A stretch of DNA of 64,000 nucleotides from Acidimicrobiales bacterium (GTDB taxonomy: Bacteria > Actinomycetota > Acidimicrobiia > Acidimicrobiales > CATQHL01), in NCBI GenBank assembly GCA_965242895.1, contig OZ251507.1, forward strand, positions 1,433,884-1,497,883, read 5' to 3'. Shown here one piece after another: positions 33,614 through 41,996 of the stretch. Every line of letters begins with the position of its first letter. Within the stretch, counting starts at the first letter, position 1. Below the pieces are notes generated by a model, which searched no databases, was not told the origin of the DNA, and saw only the letters and a list, made by a program, of their open reading frames with translations. Made by a program: the position numbers and the translations under genes.

Positions 33614-33704
33614 TCCGAGCACTCGACCGCGTCCGTCCGCAGTGATTCACAGTTCGCCAAGTTCGATGCGCGTGAGCCGGGCTTCGTCCATCTAGGATGA
33701 TCGG

Positions 33705-33875
33705 ATGATGTTGCTGGCTGTCGTCTGGCATTGGTGGATCGCCCCCCTCTTGGTGGCTGGCGCTGTTGTGACGATCGTGGCCACGATCGCTGGCTACTGC
33801 ATCAAAGTCATCAAGCCCCGCTACCCACCCGAGGACAGCTACTCACCCGAGGACAGGGAAAGAGAAGAGTCCTGA
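33705..33875 (+). CDS. Small (56-aa) membrane protein, translationally coupled to the downstream metalloprotease gene
   Basis: MMLLAVVWHWWIAPLLVAGAVVTIVATIAGYCIKVIKPRYPPEDSYSPEDREREES. It is below the track cutoff. Its TGA shares its A with the downstream ATG (33875). Confidence 0.45.
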   Translation: MMLLAVVWHWWIAPLLVAGAVVTIVATIAGYCIKVIKPRYPPEDSYSPEDREREES

Positions 33876-34945
33876 TGTCCCAGTCGGTGGACTGGGACTT
33901 GGCGCAGCGGGTCGCCGTCCAGGTTTCGCGTCGCGCTCCCTATCCGGTGCCGCGCTGGCGCGAGGTGGCCACCATGGCGGAGGATTTCCGAACTGCAACC
34001 GCCAAGGCCGAACTGCTGGTGGGAGAATCAACAGGTCTCGTGTCTGCTGAGGGTCGGGCTCGGGCCAGGGTGGTGGATCGCTCCGTCTGGATACAAGTCA
34101 ACATCGCCTCTTTCCAGCGCCTGCTGCGTCCACTCACCGATCGGCTTAGCGCAGACAGAGAGAATTCGGGCGTGAAGACCGAAGTCACGCGCCGGGTCGC
34201 CGGTTTCGAGGTGGGCGTCGTGCTGGGTTGGATGTCGACTCGCGTTCTGGGTCAGTACGACCTGCTCATCATCGAAGACGACAACCCCGATCTGGGCGAC
34301 ATGGTCTATTACGTCGGCCCTAACGTCGCTGGGCTTGAGCGCAGGCACGGATTCCCGCCGCAGGAGTTCCGTCTCTGGTTGGCGCTTCACGAAGTCACCC
34401 ATAGAGCTCAGTTCACCGGTATCCCCTGGCTGCGCGGCCATTTCCTGAAACTCGTGGAAGACGTGCTCGACGTGGTCGAGCCTGACGCGGGGCGCTTGGC
34501 CGACGCGGTCAAGCGCATCCTTGAAGCGCGCCGCAAGGGTGAGGATCCCTTTCTTCACGGCGGCCTCTCCTCGCTGCTGGCACCACCCGAGCAGCAGGAA
34601 ACTATGGAGAAACTCACGGGCATGATGAGCCTGCTGGAAGGTCACGGAGACGTGACCATGGACCGTGCCGGCGCCGATCGGCTTTCGGAAGCCGAACGAT
34701 TCGGGAGGGTCCTCCGGGCGCGCCGCAACTCGGCTAGAGGTCTGACGAAACTCTTCACACGGATTGCCGGCATCGAGGCCAAGCTGAACCAGTATCAGGC
34801 CGGCGAGGACTTCATAGAGGCGGTGGAGCGCAGTTCCGGTCTGGACTTCGTGGAGCGGGCTTGGCAAGGCCCGGAGTTTCTGCCCACCTACTCGGAGATT
34901 TGTGCGCCCGAGAAGTGGATTACCAGAGTGGGCGCTGCCGTCTAG
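33875..34945 (+). CDS. Zinc-dependent metalloprotease, DUF2342 family
   Basis: LALHEVTHRAQFTGIPWLRGHF (HExxH). The start was chosen at MSQSVDWDLAQRVA. Confidence 0.8.
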   Translation: MSQSVDWDLAQRVAVQVSRRAPYPVPRWREVATMAEDFRTATAKAELLVGESTGLVSAEGRARARVVDRSVWIQVNIASFQRLLRPLTDRLSADRENSGVKTEVTRRVAGFEVGVVLGWMSTRVLGQYDLLIIEDDNPDLGDMVYYVGPNVAGLERRHGFPPQEFRLWLALHEVTHRAQFTGIPWLRGHFLKLVEDVLDVVEPDAGRLADAVKRILEARRKGEDPFLHGGLSSLLAPPEQQETMEKLTGMMSLLEGHGDVTMDRAGADRLSEAERFGRVLRARRNSARGLTKLFTRIAGIEAKLNQYQAGEDFIEAVERSSGLDFVERAWQGPEFLPTYSEICAPEKWITRVGAAV

Positions 34946-34950
34946 GCGTC

Positions 34951-35895
34951 TTGACGGCCTCTCGCTTCGATTCTTACCTGAGCCGCTGCCGCTTTCCGTC
35001 TACGTCTGAGCGCGTGACTTGCGCCGTCTCCGGGGGTGCGGATTCGCTGGCTTTGCTCGTGCTCGCACGGGAGGCCGGTCTGAGCGTCGAGGCTGTGCAT
35101 GTGGATCACGGACTGCGCCCTGGCTCCGAGGGCGAGGCCGACTTGGTGGCGGAGGCCGCTCGCAGCCTGGGGGCAGATTTTCGCTCCGTGACTGCGGAGG
35201 TGGGATGCGGCCCGAACCTCGAGGAGCGGGCCCGCGAGGCTCGATACGCAGTCCTGCCGTCGAAGGCCATGCTCGGTCACACGGCGGACGATCAAGCGGA
35301 GACCGTGCTGTTGAACCTGCTGCGGGGGTCTGGTTTGGCCGGAGCAGCTGCCATGCGCGCCGACCTGCGTCGACCTCTTCTAGGGCTGCGCCGTTCGGAG
35401 ACCGCAGAGGTGTGCCGCAAAGTCGGCCTGAAGCCGTTCTGCGACCCTTCCAACAGAGACCCCGCCTTTCGCCGCAATCGCGTGCGCCGCGAGGTGTTGC
35501 CTTTGCTGAACGACGTGTTCCAGCGCGACGTGGTGCCCCTTCTTTGCCGCCACGCTGAACTCGCCCGTGAGGCGGTGGATGCTCTCGACGGGCTCAGCGA
35601 AGACGTCGACGCGACTGACTGTCGGGCGCTCGCCGAGTTGCCTCCCGTTCTGGCTTCTTGGGCGATCCGCCGCTGGATCGTGAGCGTCAGCGGGTCTGCC
35701 CATCCCCCCGACAGGGCTGCCGTAGGGCGCGTTCTGGACGTGGCCACCGGAAAGGCTCGAGCAGCGGAGGTGGGTTCGCACTGGAGGGTTCGCCGATCCG
35801 GGGGTCGGCTGTTTCTAGAGGATGGAAGCCCGTTGAGCTCCCGTTCGGGGGGGGACAGCAGCCGACGTCGGGAGGCTTCCGGCGGGGGAACCTAA
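34951..35895 (+). CDS. tilS: tRNA(Ile)-lysidine synthase
   Basis: PP-loop VTCAVSGGADSLAL, then VHVDHGLRPGSEGEA. The start is uncertain (TTG 34951 chosen; the ORF is open from 34861). Confidence 0.85.
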   Translation: MTASRFDSYLSRCRFPSTSERVTCAVSGGADSLALLVLAREAGLSVEAVHVDHGLRPGSEGEADLVAEAARSLGADFRSVTAEVGCGPNLEERAREARYAVLPSKAMLGHTADDQAETVLLNLLRGSGLAGAAAMRADLRRPLLGLRRSETAEVCRKVGLKPFCDPSNRDPAFRRNRVRREVLPLLNDVFQRDVVPLLCRHAELAREAVDALDGLSEDVDATDCRALAELPPVLASWAIRRWIVSVSGSAHPPDRAAVGRVLDVATGKARAAEVGSHWRVRRSGGRLFLEDGSPLSSRSGGDSSRRREASGGGT

Positions 35896-35976
35896 GGGTG
35901 AGACGGGCGGCGGGTAGCCTGAGACCTCATCCCGGAACACCAAAGAGGCGGCTGACGGAAGGCAGGTAATCGACTC

Positions 35977-37236
35977 ATGGGTATGAAAGTCGTGGGCGTT
36001 CTGCAGCTCGCACCGGATGCAGGGCTCAGGGGCTCTCGACTAGGAGACAGCGCCGGCTTCGACCCGCAAGAGGCGGTGGATCGCGGTCGTCGCCTGATCG
36101 CCGAGGGCGCTGACATAGTGGAGGTCTGCGACGGCTCGGGCGAGGGTTTTGCCGTCCTCAATGCCGATGACGCCGAGAGCGTCATAGCGCCTCCTTCTAG
36201 CGTTGTTTCTGGGCGCAGTTCTGCCGCCTCCTCTGGCGCTCTCATTGCCCCTGGGCGCAGTGCGGCCGCTTCCTCTGGGGGAGATTCCTCCGTTGCCGCC
36301 GTTCCTTTTCGCCCCCCCTCGGACTCCCGCTTGGAAGACTCCCGCTCGGAACAGGTTCTAGAGGTGATCGCGGCCCTGAGCGAGGAGGCGCGCGTCTCGA
36401 TTTCCACGATTTCGCCGAGAGCGGCGCTTTCGGCGGTGGAGGCGGGCGCATCGATCATCAGGGACACATCGGGCTCTCTGCTCGAGACTGCCTCGCTTTG
36501 CGGAGCGGGTTGGGTGGCGGTGCACTCTGGTTCCGGGCGTGAGACCTTGGCGAACAGGGGCATCCTCGAGGAGGTCTCCGACTGCATGTGCGGACTTGCC
36601 GAGCAGGCCAGCCGGTCGGGGATCGCCGAGTTCTACTTCGATCCGGGTTTTGGCGTTGGAAAGTCCTTCGAAGAGAGCTTTGACCTGCTTGCAGGTCTAG
36701 AGATGCTTACCGAGCGGTGCTCTTCCGTTCTAGTCGACGTGGACTGTCGCGGTTTCGCCGCTGCGCTTCTCAGACGACTCTCGGCGCTTCCTCCTGGATC
36801 GGAGGCCGTTTCCGTAGAGGGCGCGCTTTCCCAAACCGGTCGCGGGGAGTTGGACATGGGGAAGGATGGAGCGCTGGCCGTGGCCGCTTGGGCGATCTCC
36901 GCCGGAGTGGCTGCGCTCCGCTGCAGGGAGGTGGCAGCCGCAGTGGACGTAGCCCGCACCTTCGGTGTAAAGCCGCCGGCTCCGCTCCAGTCGGTATCTT
37001 CCCCGCCGGCTCCGTCCCAGTCGGTGTTTCCCCAGTCGGCGCCGCTTCCGCCGGCTCCGTCCCAGTCGGTGTTTCCCCAGTCGGCGCCGCTTCCGCCGGC
37101 GCCACTCCCGTTGGTGCCTTCCCCGTCGCCGCCTCAGCCGGCGCCGTTCCAGTCGTCGCCCCAGTCGTCCGCATCCTTTGCGCCTGCCGAGCGTCGGGGG
37201 GCGCCCGCGTCTCGCTTGGAGGCGGCTGGCAGATGA
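35977..37236 (+). CDS. Divergent dihydropteroate synthase-like (pterin-binding) protein with low-complexity inserts and Pro-rich tail
   Basis: GADIVEV, VSISTIS, IIRDTSG and FDPGFGVGKS align to the DHPS motifs GADIIDxGGES, SIDT, NDxSG and DPGxGFxK. The N-terminal PDSFSDGG and GGES motifs are not conserved. Confidence 0.6.
   Translation: MGMKVVGVLQLAPDAGLRGSRLGDSAGFDPQEAVDRGRRLIAEGADIVEVCDGSGEGFAVLNADDAESVIAPPSSVVSGRSSAASSGALIAPGRSAAASSGGDSSVAAVPFRPPSDSRLEDSRSEQVLEVIAALSEEARVSISTISPRAALSAVEAGASIIRDTSGSLLETASLCGAGWVAVHSGSGRETLANRGILEEVSDCMCGLAEQASRSGIAEFYFDPGFGVGKSFEESFDLLAGLEMLTERCSSVLVDVDCRGFAAALLRRLSALPPGSEAVSVEGALSQTGRGELDMGKDGALAVAAWAISAGVAALRCREVAAAVDVARTFGVKPPAPLQSVSSPPAPSQSVFPQSAPLPPAPSQSVFPQSAPLPPAPLPLVPSPSPPQPAPFQSSPQSSASFAPAERRGAPASRLEAAGR
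37003..37100 (+). repeat. Tandem 45-nt repeat (two perfect copies plus a partial one) encoding PPAPSQSVFPQSAPL
   Basis: CCGCCGGCTCCGTCCCAGTCGGTGTTTCCCCAGTCGGCGCCGCTT occurs at 37003-37047 and 37048-37092. Confidence 0.9.
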
Positions 37237-37742
37237 GGGGGCGCTGGGCGCTGGGAGTCGCCCCACGCAGCCTGACGTGGGTCATCAAAGACAAGCTTGC
37301 CGTCTGTGAGCGCCTAGGTGGTTACGGAACCGATCATCGGCCGGTGCGTCGAACGGAGGAGATTATCTGGTTCAAGCGCAGCGAATTCACTTGTCTAGTG
37401 TCGCTGATAGCCGGTCCGCAGAACGTCAACGAGTATCAGAAGGAGGAGCTGAACTATCTCCACTTCCCCGTTTCCACCCAGCCGCCGCCTAAAGACCTGG
37501 CTGCTGCCTATGCGGGCATCACCAAGGCGATGGTCGAGAGCGAGACGCTGCTCATGCATCGTGAAAGGGTCGACGACGTCGTGGCGGGCTTCCTGGCCGG
37601 TTACGGACTCTGGAGGGGTCGAGTCACCGACCCTACGCACGCCATAGCGGGGGTGGAGCAAATCCTTAAGAGGCCCATGGGGCAGCCCGGACGGGAGATA
37701 GTCACGAACTTTGCGGCTAGCGGTCTGACGCATGCTTCGTGA
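37233..37742 (+). CDS. Hypothetical protein, possibly with a dual-specificity-phosphatase-like fold but no HCxxGxxR motif
   Basis: ATGA overlap with the upstream stop. VIKDKLAVCERLGG...FTCLVSL...LNYLHFPV...LLMHRERVDDVVAGFLAGY. The fold assignment is a weak impression only. Confidence 0.45.
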   Translation: MRGRWALGVAPRSLTWVIKDKLAVCERLGGYGTDHRPVRRTEEIIWFKRSEFTCLVSLIAGPQNVNEYQKEELNYLHFPVSTQPPPKDLAAAYAGITKAMVESETLLMHRERVDDVVAGFLAGYGLWRGRVTDPTHAIAGVEQILKRPMGQPGREIVTNFAASGLTHAS

Positions 37743-37904
37743 TCCTGTTCTCGCCGGCCCGCTGAGCTTGCCTGGGGGGCCCCGGGGCAGCGCCGGCGGC
37801 TTAGCCCTCCGCACTGCCGAATGCCGCTTTGCGTCCCAGTCCAGTTTCGATCGTTCCGTTCCGTCTTCGTCCAAGACCACCGAGTCGGGCTTGCATAAAT
37901 CTCG

Positions 37905-38360
37905 GTGGCGCGCGCATTCCTGAGCATGGGTTCCAACCTTGGAGACCGCCGTCTCCGGCTGCAAGAGGCGGTGAAGTCCCTGCCCGACCTGAAGGCAGTC
38001 TCGCCGGTCTATGAGACCGACCCGGTGGGAGGGCCGGCTCAAGGGCCGTACCTCAATCTCGTCGTGGAACTCGACACCGACCTTTCGGCGCGGGAACTCC
38101 TAGGCCGCGCCCTGGAGTTGGAGGCTGCGGCGGGGCGCGTCCGGCGCGAGCGCTGGGGGCCTAGGACGCTGGACGTGGACGTTCTCTGGGTGGAAGGCGA
38201 GACGGTCGATGAGGATGACCTGCACGTGCCGCATCCTCGAATGTCCTCTCGGGCGTTCGTGATGGTGCCGCTCGCTGATCTGGCGGAAGAGTGGCGTGAG
38301 GCGGCCGAACAGGTGGACGCTTCCGGCGTGCGTCTGCTCGGCCGGTTGTTTGACGACTAG
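37905..38360 (+). CDS. folK: 2-amino-4-hydroxy-6-hydroxymethyldihydropteridine diphosphokinase (HPPK)
   Basis: AFLSMGSNLGDR, VSPVYETDPVGG, RWGPRTLDVDVL, and VPHPRM..RAFV. Confidence 0.9.
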   Translation: MARAFLSMGSNLGDRRLRLQEAVKSLPDLKAVSPVYETDPVGGPAQGPYLNLVVELDTDLSARELLGRALELEAAAGRVRRERWGPRTLDVDVLWVEGETVDEDDLHVPHPRMSSRAFVMVPLADLAEEWREAAEQVDASGVRLLGRLFDD

Positions 38361-38469
38361 CCGCCTGGTTTCGCTCAGCGCACATGATTGGGGCTAGGTT
38401 TCAGCGGTTCTCGATTTCGCAGGGGTTCGTCTGCGAGCGAGTTCTCCTGATTTGTGAGTGCACGCTTCC

Positions 38470-38511
38470 ATGAGTGATGTTTCATGGGTGATGTTTCATG
38501 GGTGATGTGGA
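38470..38511 (+). repeat. Three tandem 14-nt units, each carrying an ATG; the third provides the panC start
   Basis: ATGAGTGATGTTTC / ATGGGTGATGTTTC / ATGGGTGATGTGGA. Confidence 0.9.
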
Positions 38512-41050
38512 GTTGAAAATTCTGAAGCGCTTAGAGGAGGTGCGCCGCTACTGCTGTGAGGTGCGCGGCGGCGGCGCAAGCTTGGGCTTCGTGCCGACGA
38601 TGGGGGCGCTGCACGACGGCCACCTCAGCCTGCTGCGCCGCAGCAGGCAGGAGAATGACGTCACGCTGGTGTCGATTTTCGTGAACCCCGCCCAGTTTTG
38701 CCCTGGGGAGGACTTCGACGATTACCCACGCGAATTGGCCGCCGATCTGCAAAAGTGCGAAGAACTGGAAACGGACGCTGTGTTTGCTCCTTCCACAGCC
38801 GAGATGTACCCGTCTCCGTCCGTTCTGAACATGGACTTCGGCGCGCTCTCCTCCGTGCTGGAGGGGCGTCGGCGACCGGGCCACTTCGAGGGTGTGGGGT
38901 TGATAGTGGCAAAGTTGTTCGGGGCGGTCGGGGCGTGCCGCGCCTACTTCGGCGAGAAGGACTGGCAGCAGTTGGCTGTGGTGCGCCGTTTGGTGTGCGA
39001 CCTTGCCCTTCCGGTGGAAGTGGTCGGCTGTCCGACGGTGCGCGACCCTGACGGGTTGGCGCTCTCTAGCCGTAACGCCTACCTCACGCCGCCGCAGCGG
39101 GAGTCCGCCCTCGCCCTGAACCGCTGCCTGCGTCTTGGAGAGGAACTGATTCTGTCCGGAGAGCGCAGCCGAGGGGTCGTTGAGGAGGCCATGGCGGAAG
39201 TGCTCGCAGGCGAGCCGGCGCTCACGCCCTACTACTCGGTGGTGGTGGATGCGGACTCTCTCCTTCCGGTGGATCCTCTTCGGGGCGGACTGCGTCTGCT
39301 GGGAGCGGTCGGTGTCGGCGAAACTCGGCTCATCGACAACCTCGGCTGCGAGGTTCGGGAGCGGGACGCTGCACCCTCCGGCGCTCACGCTGCGCCGCCT
39401 TCAGCGTCGTCCGCTGCACCCTCCGCTGCGCCCGGGGGCGTGCCCTCCGGTGACACGGCTGCTGCGCCCCCCGCCGCTCCGGAGGCCGTGCCCTCCGGCG
39501 CTCCCGAGTTGACGAGCAGGGCGGAAACCCCCTTCTCCGAGGCGCGTCCGGTGCGCCCCGACGCAACTGCAGCTGCCCTGCATGCCGCTCACGGAGGCTT
39601 GCAGCCAGGGGAGGGCTCAGGCGTGGGGGCGGCCGTCTCCGGTCGGCTCATGCTGCGGCGCGTTCAGGGGCGGATCTGTTTCGGCACACTCGACGACGCC
39701 AGCGGCGAGCGCATCCAACTCTTCGCAACGAAGGCGTCGACCCCCGATTACGAAGCCTTCTGCGGGCTCTCCATCGGCGACTGGCTGTGGGTTTCGGGGG
39801 AAGTCATAAAGACCCGCCGTGGGGAACTTTCCGTGACGGTAAACCGCTGGAAGTTGCTGGCGGAGGCGCGGCTGCCCTTCCCCGACAAGTGGCACGGCCT
39901 AGCCGACGTCGACGTCCGATACCGCCGCAGATACGTCGACCTCTGGGTCTCGCCCTACGCTCGCCGGACGCTCCTTCTGCGCAGTCGGCTCATCGAGGTG
40001 ATGCGAAGCGAGCTGGCCGAGCGAGGGTTTGTGGAAGTCGAGACACCGATGCTTCACCCGATCCCGGGCGGAGCTGCGGCTCGTCCGTTCGTCACGCACC
40101 ACAACTCTCTGAACACGGACTTATACCTGCGGATCGCCCCGGAGCTGTACCTGAAGAGGCTGGTGGTCGGGGGCTTTCAGCGTGTCTTCGAGATTGGCCG
40201 GGTGTTCCGCAACGAGGGTCTCTCGCCGCGGCACAGCCCAGAGTTCACGATGCTCGAGCTCTATCAGGCTTACGCCGACTACGTCGACATCATGGAACTC
40301 ACGGAGTGCGTAGTGGCCGACGCCGTCAAGGCGGCCGCGGGTGGGACGCTCCTTTATCCCGACTACCTCGACGGGCAGAGCTTGGATTTGACCCCTCCGT
40401 GGCGGCGGGCGACTATGGAGGAATTGGTGGCCGAGGTTGTCGGCTGCGAGTTGACGGTCGATCACTCCGCGGCTGAGGCCCTTCGCATAGCGGAAAGCCT
40501 GGACGTGGAGATTCCCGCGGGCCGCAGCGCCGGGGAGGTGCTGGCGGAGGTCTACGAGCGGCGCGTCGAAGGGGCGCTTGCGGGCCCGGTTTTTGTGTGC
40601 GACTTTCCGGTGGAGGTGTCGCCGCTGGCGCGCAGTCATCGCAGCAGGTCGGGGCTAGTGGAACGCTTCGAGGCGGTGGTGGCCGGCAAGGAGTTGGCCA
40701 ACGCCTTTTCGGAGTTGACCGACCCGGTGGAGCAGAGGCGTCGCTTCGCTGAGCAGGATGCTCGACGTGCGGGCGGCGACAGCGAGGCCATGACCACCGA
40801 CGAAGACTTCCTGAGGGCCCTGGAATACGGTATGCCTCCTACCGGCGGCTTGGGCATCGGCATCGACCGCTTGGCGATGCTCGTCGGCGGTTCGGGCAAC
40901 ATCAGGGACGTGATTCCGTTCCCTACGCTGCGCCCAGAGCAGGCGCAGGCTACAGACGAGGACGGGCGGACGGGGCGGACGGTCGACGCGGAGCGCTCTG
41001 AAGACGGCGGCGCACCGGCAGGCGGCGCACGAGGGAGGAGCGGTGATTAG
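38498..41050 (+). CDS. Fused pantoate--beta-alanine ligase (N) / class II lysyl-tRNA synthetase (C)
   Basis: The PanC part has GFVPTMGALHDGHLSL and FVNPAQF, ending ...TRLIDNLG. An Ala/Pro-rich linker follows. The LysRS part has VSGRLMLRR, FVEVETPML, FRNEGLSPRHSPEFTMLE, and GGLGIGIDRLAML. A single open frame spans both parts. Confidence 0.8.
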   Translation: MGDVELKILKRLEEVRRYCCEVRGGGASLGFVPTMGALHDGHLSLLRRSRQENDVTLVSIFVNPAQFCPGEDFDDYPRELAADLQKCEELETDAVFAPSTAEMYPSPSVLNMDFGALSSVLEGRRRPGHFEGVGLIVAKLFGAVGACRAYFGEKDWQQLAVVRRLVCDLALPVEVVGCPTVRDPDGLALSSRNAYLTPPQRESALALNRCLRLGEELILSGERSRGVVEEAMAEVLAGEPALTPYYSVVVDADSLLPVDPLRGGLRLLGAVGVGETRLIDNLGCEVRERDAAPSGAHAAPPSASSAAPSAAPGGVPSGDTAAAPPAAPEAVPSGAPELTSRAETPFSEARPVRPDATAAALHAAHGGLQPGEGSGVGAAVSGRLMLRRVQGRICFGTLDDASGERIQLFATKASTPDYEAFCGLSIGDWLWVSGEVIKTRRGELSVTVNRWKLLAEARLPFPDKWHGLADVDVRYRRRYVDLWVSPYARRTLLLRSRLIEVMRSELAERGFVEVETPMLHPIPGGAAARPFVTHHNSLNTDLYLRIAPELYLKRLVVGGFQRVFEIGRVFRNEGLSPRHSPEFTMLELYQAYADYVDIMELTECVVADAVKAAAGGTLLYPDYLDGQSLDLTPPWRRATMEELVAEVVGCELTVDHSAAEALRIAESLDVEIPAGRSAGEVLAEVYERRVEGALAGPVFVCDFPVEVSPLARSHRSRSGLVERFEAVVAGKELANAFSELTDPVEQRRRFAEQDARRAGGDSEAMTTDEDFLRALEYGMPPTGGLGIGIDRLAMLVGGSGNIRDVIPFPTLRPEQAQATDEDGRTGRTVDAERSEDGGAPAGGARGRSGD

Positions 41051-41110
41051 CCGCTCCCTGAGAGTGATGCGGGCGCGGTGGGCGTCGAGGTCGCTGGCGG
41101 ATGGCCGACG

Positions 41111-41917
41111 ATGACGGAGATGCTCTTGGCGGTGGACGTGGGCAACACCCAGACCGTGATCGGTCTGTACGACTTGGGGGCTGCACACCCAGCCTCTGCT
41201 GAGGAGGGCCTTCTGGGTCACTGGCGCACTTCCACGGTCCCCGACCGCACCGCTGACGAATTAGCGGTGCTGATCGATGGTTTCCTAGCGACTGTCGACC
41301 GCAAACTGAGCTCCGACTTGGCGGGCGTATCCGTGGCGTCGGGGGTTCCGCCGATCACTTCGTCCATGCGGGCGATGACACACCGGTACCTGAATCTGGA
41401 GCCCGTGGTCGTGGGGCCTGGCATACGTTCCGGCGTGCCTATCCGTTACGACAATCCCCGCGAGGTCGGCGCCGATCGAATCGCCAACGCGGTAGGGGCT
41501 CTCGACCTTTACGACGCTCCGATCATCGTGGTGGACTTCGGCACGGGAACCACATTCGACGCCATCGGCGCGGAGGGGGAATACCTGGGCGGCGCCATAG
41601 CACCGGGCGTGGAGATCAGTCTCGAGGCATTGATAAATCACGCTGCCGCCCTGAGTTCGGTAGAACTCGTGGAACCGCGGGGCGTGATCGGAAAGAGCAC
41701 TGCGGAATCCCTGCGCTCCGGCGTCATCTACGGCTATGCCGCTCAGGTGGACGGAATCTGCAGGCGGATGATGTCCGAACTTGGCGCTTCAGCGGTAGTG
41801 GGTACGGGGGGGCTGGCTCTGCTCGTCACTCCGCACACGGAATGCGTGCAGGAGGTTCAGCCTTGGCTGACCCTCCATGGACTGCGCAAGATCTGGCGGC
41901 TGAACACGAAGGAGTGA
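41111..41917 (+). CDS. coaX: Type III pantothenate kinase
   Basis: LLAVDVGNTQTVIGLY, GADRIANAVGA and VVDFGTGTTFD. Confidence 0.9.
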   Translation: MTEMLLAVDVGNTQTVIGLYDLGAAHPASAEEGLLGHWRTSTVPDRTADELAVLIDGFLATVDRKLSSDLAGVSVASGVPPITSSMRAMTHRYLNLEPVVVGPGIRSGVPIRYDNPREVGADRIANAVGALDLYDAPIIVVDFGTGTTFDAIGAEGEYLGGAIAPGVEISLEALINHAAALSSVELVEPRGVIGKSTAESLRSGVIYGYAAQVDGICRRMMSELGASAVVGTGGLALLVTPHTECVQEVQPWLTLHGLRKIWRLNTKE

Positions 41918-41996
41918 CCTCTTTCGGAAGCGTTGGCAGGGACGTTCTAGCACACAAGGCTGACCCCATCGTTGCGTCGGTATTAGTCTCCTGGTT

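Noticed and set aside
34028-34867. 279-aa minus-strand ORF
   Set aside because: It is antisense to the DUF2342 metalloprotease gene, which contains the HExxH motif.
36717-37232. N-terminal 172 codons of the 341-aa track ORF 36717-37742
   Set aside because: This part overlaps the DHPS-like gene in another frame and is Gly/Arg/Ser-rich. The ATGA-coupled ATG at 37233 is the credible start.
38531-39388. 285-aa minus-strand ORF
   Set aside because: It is antisense to the PanC domain, which has unmistakable motifs.
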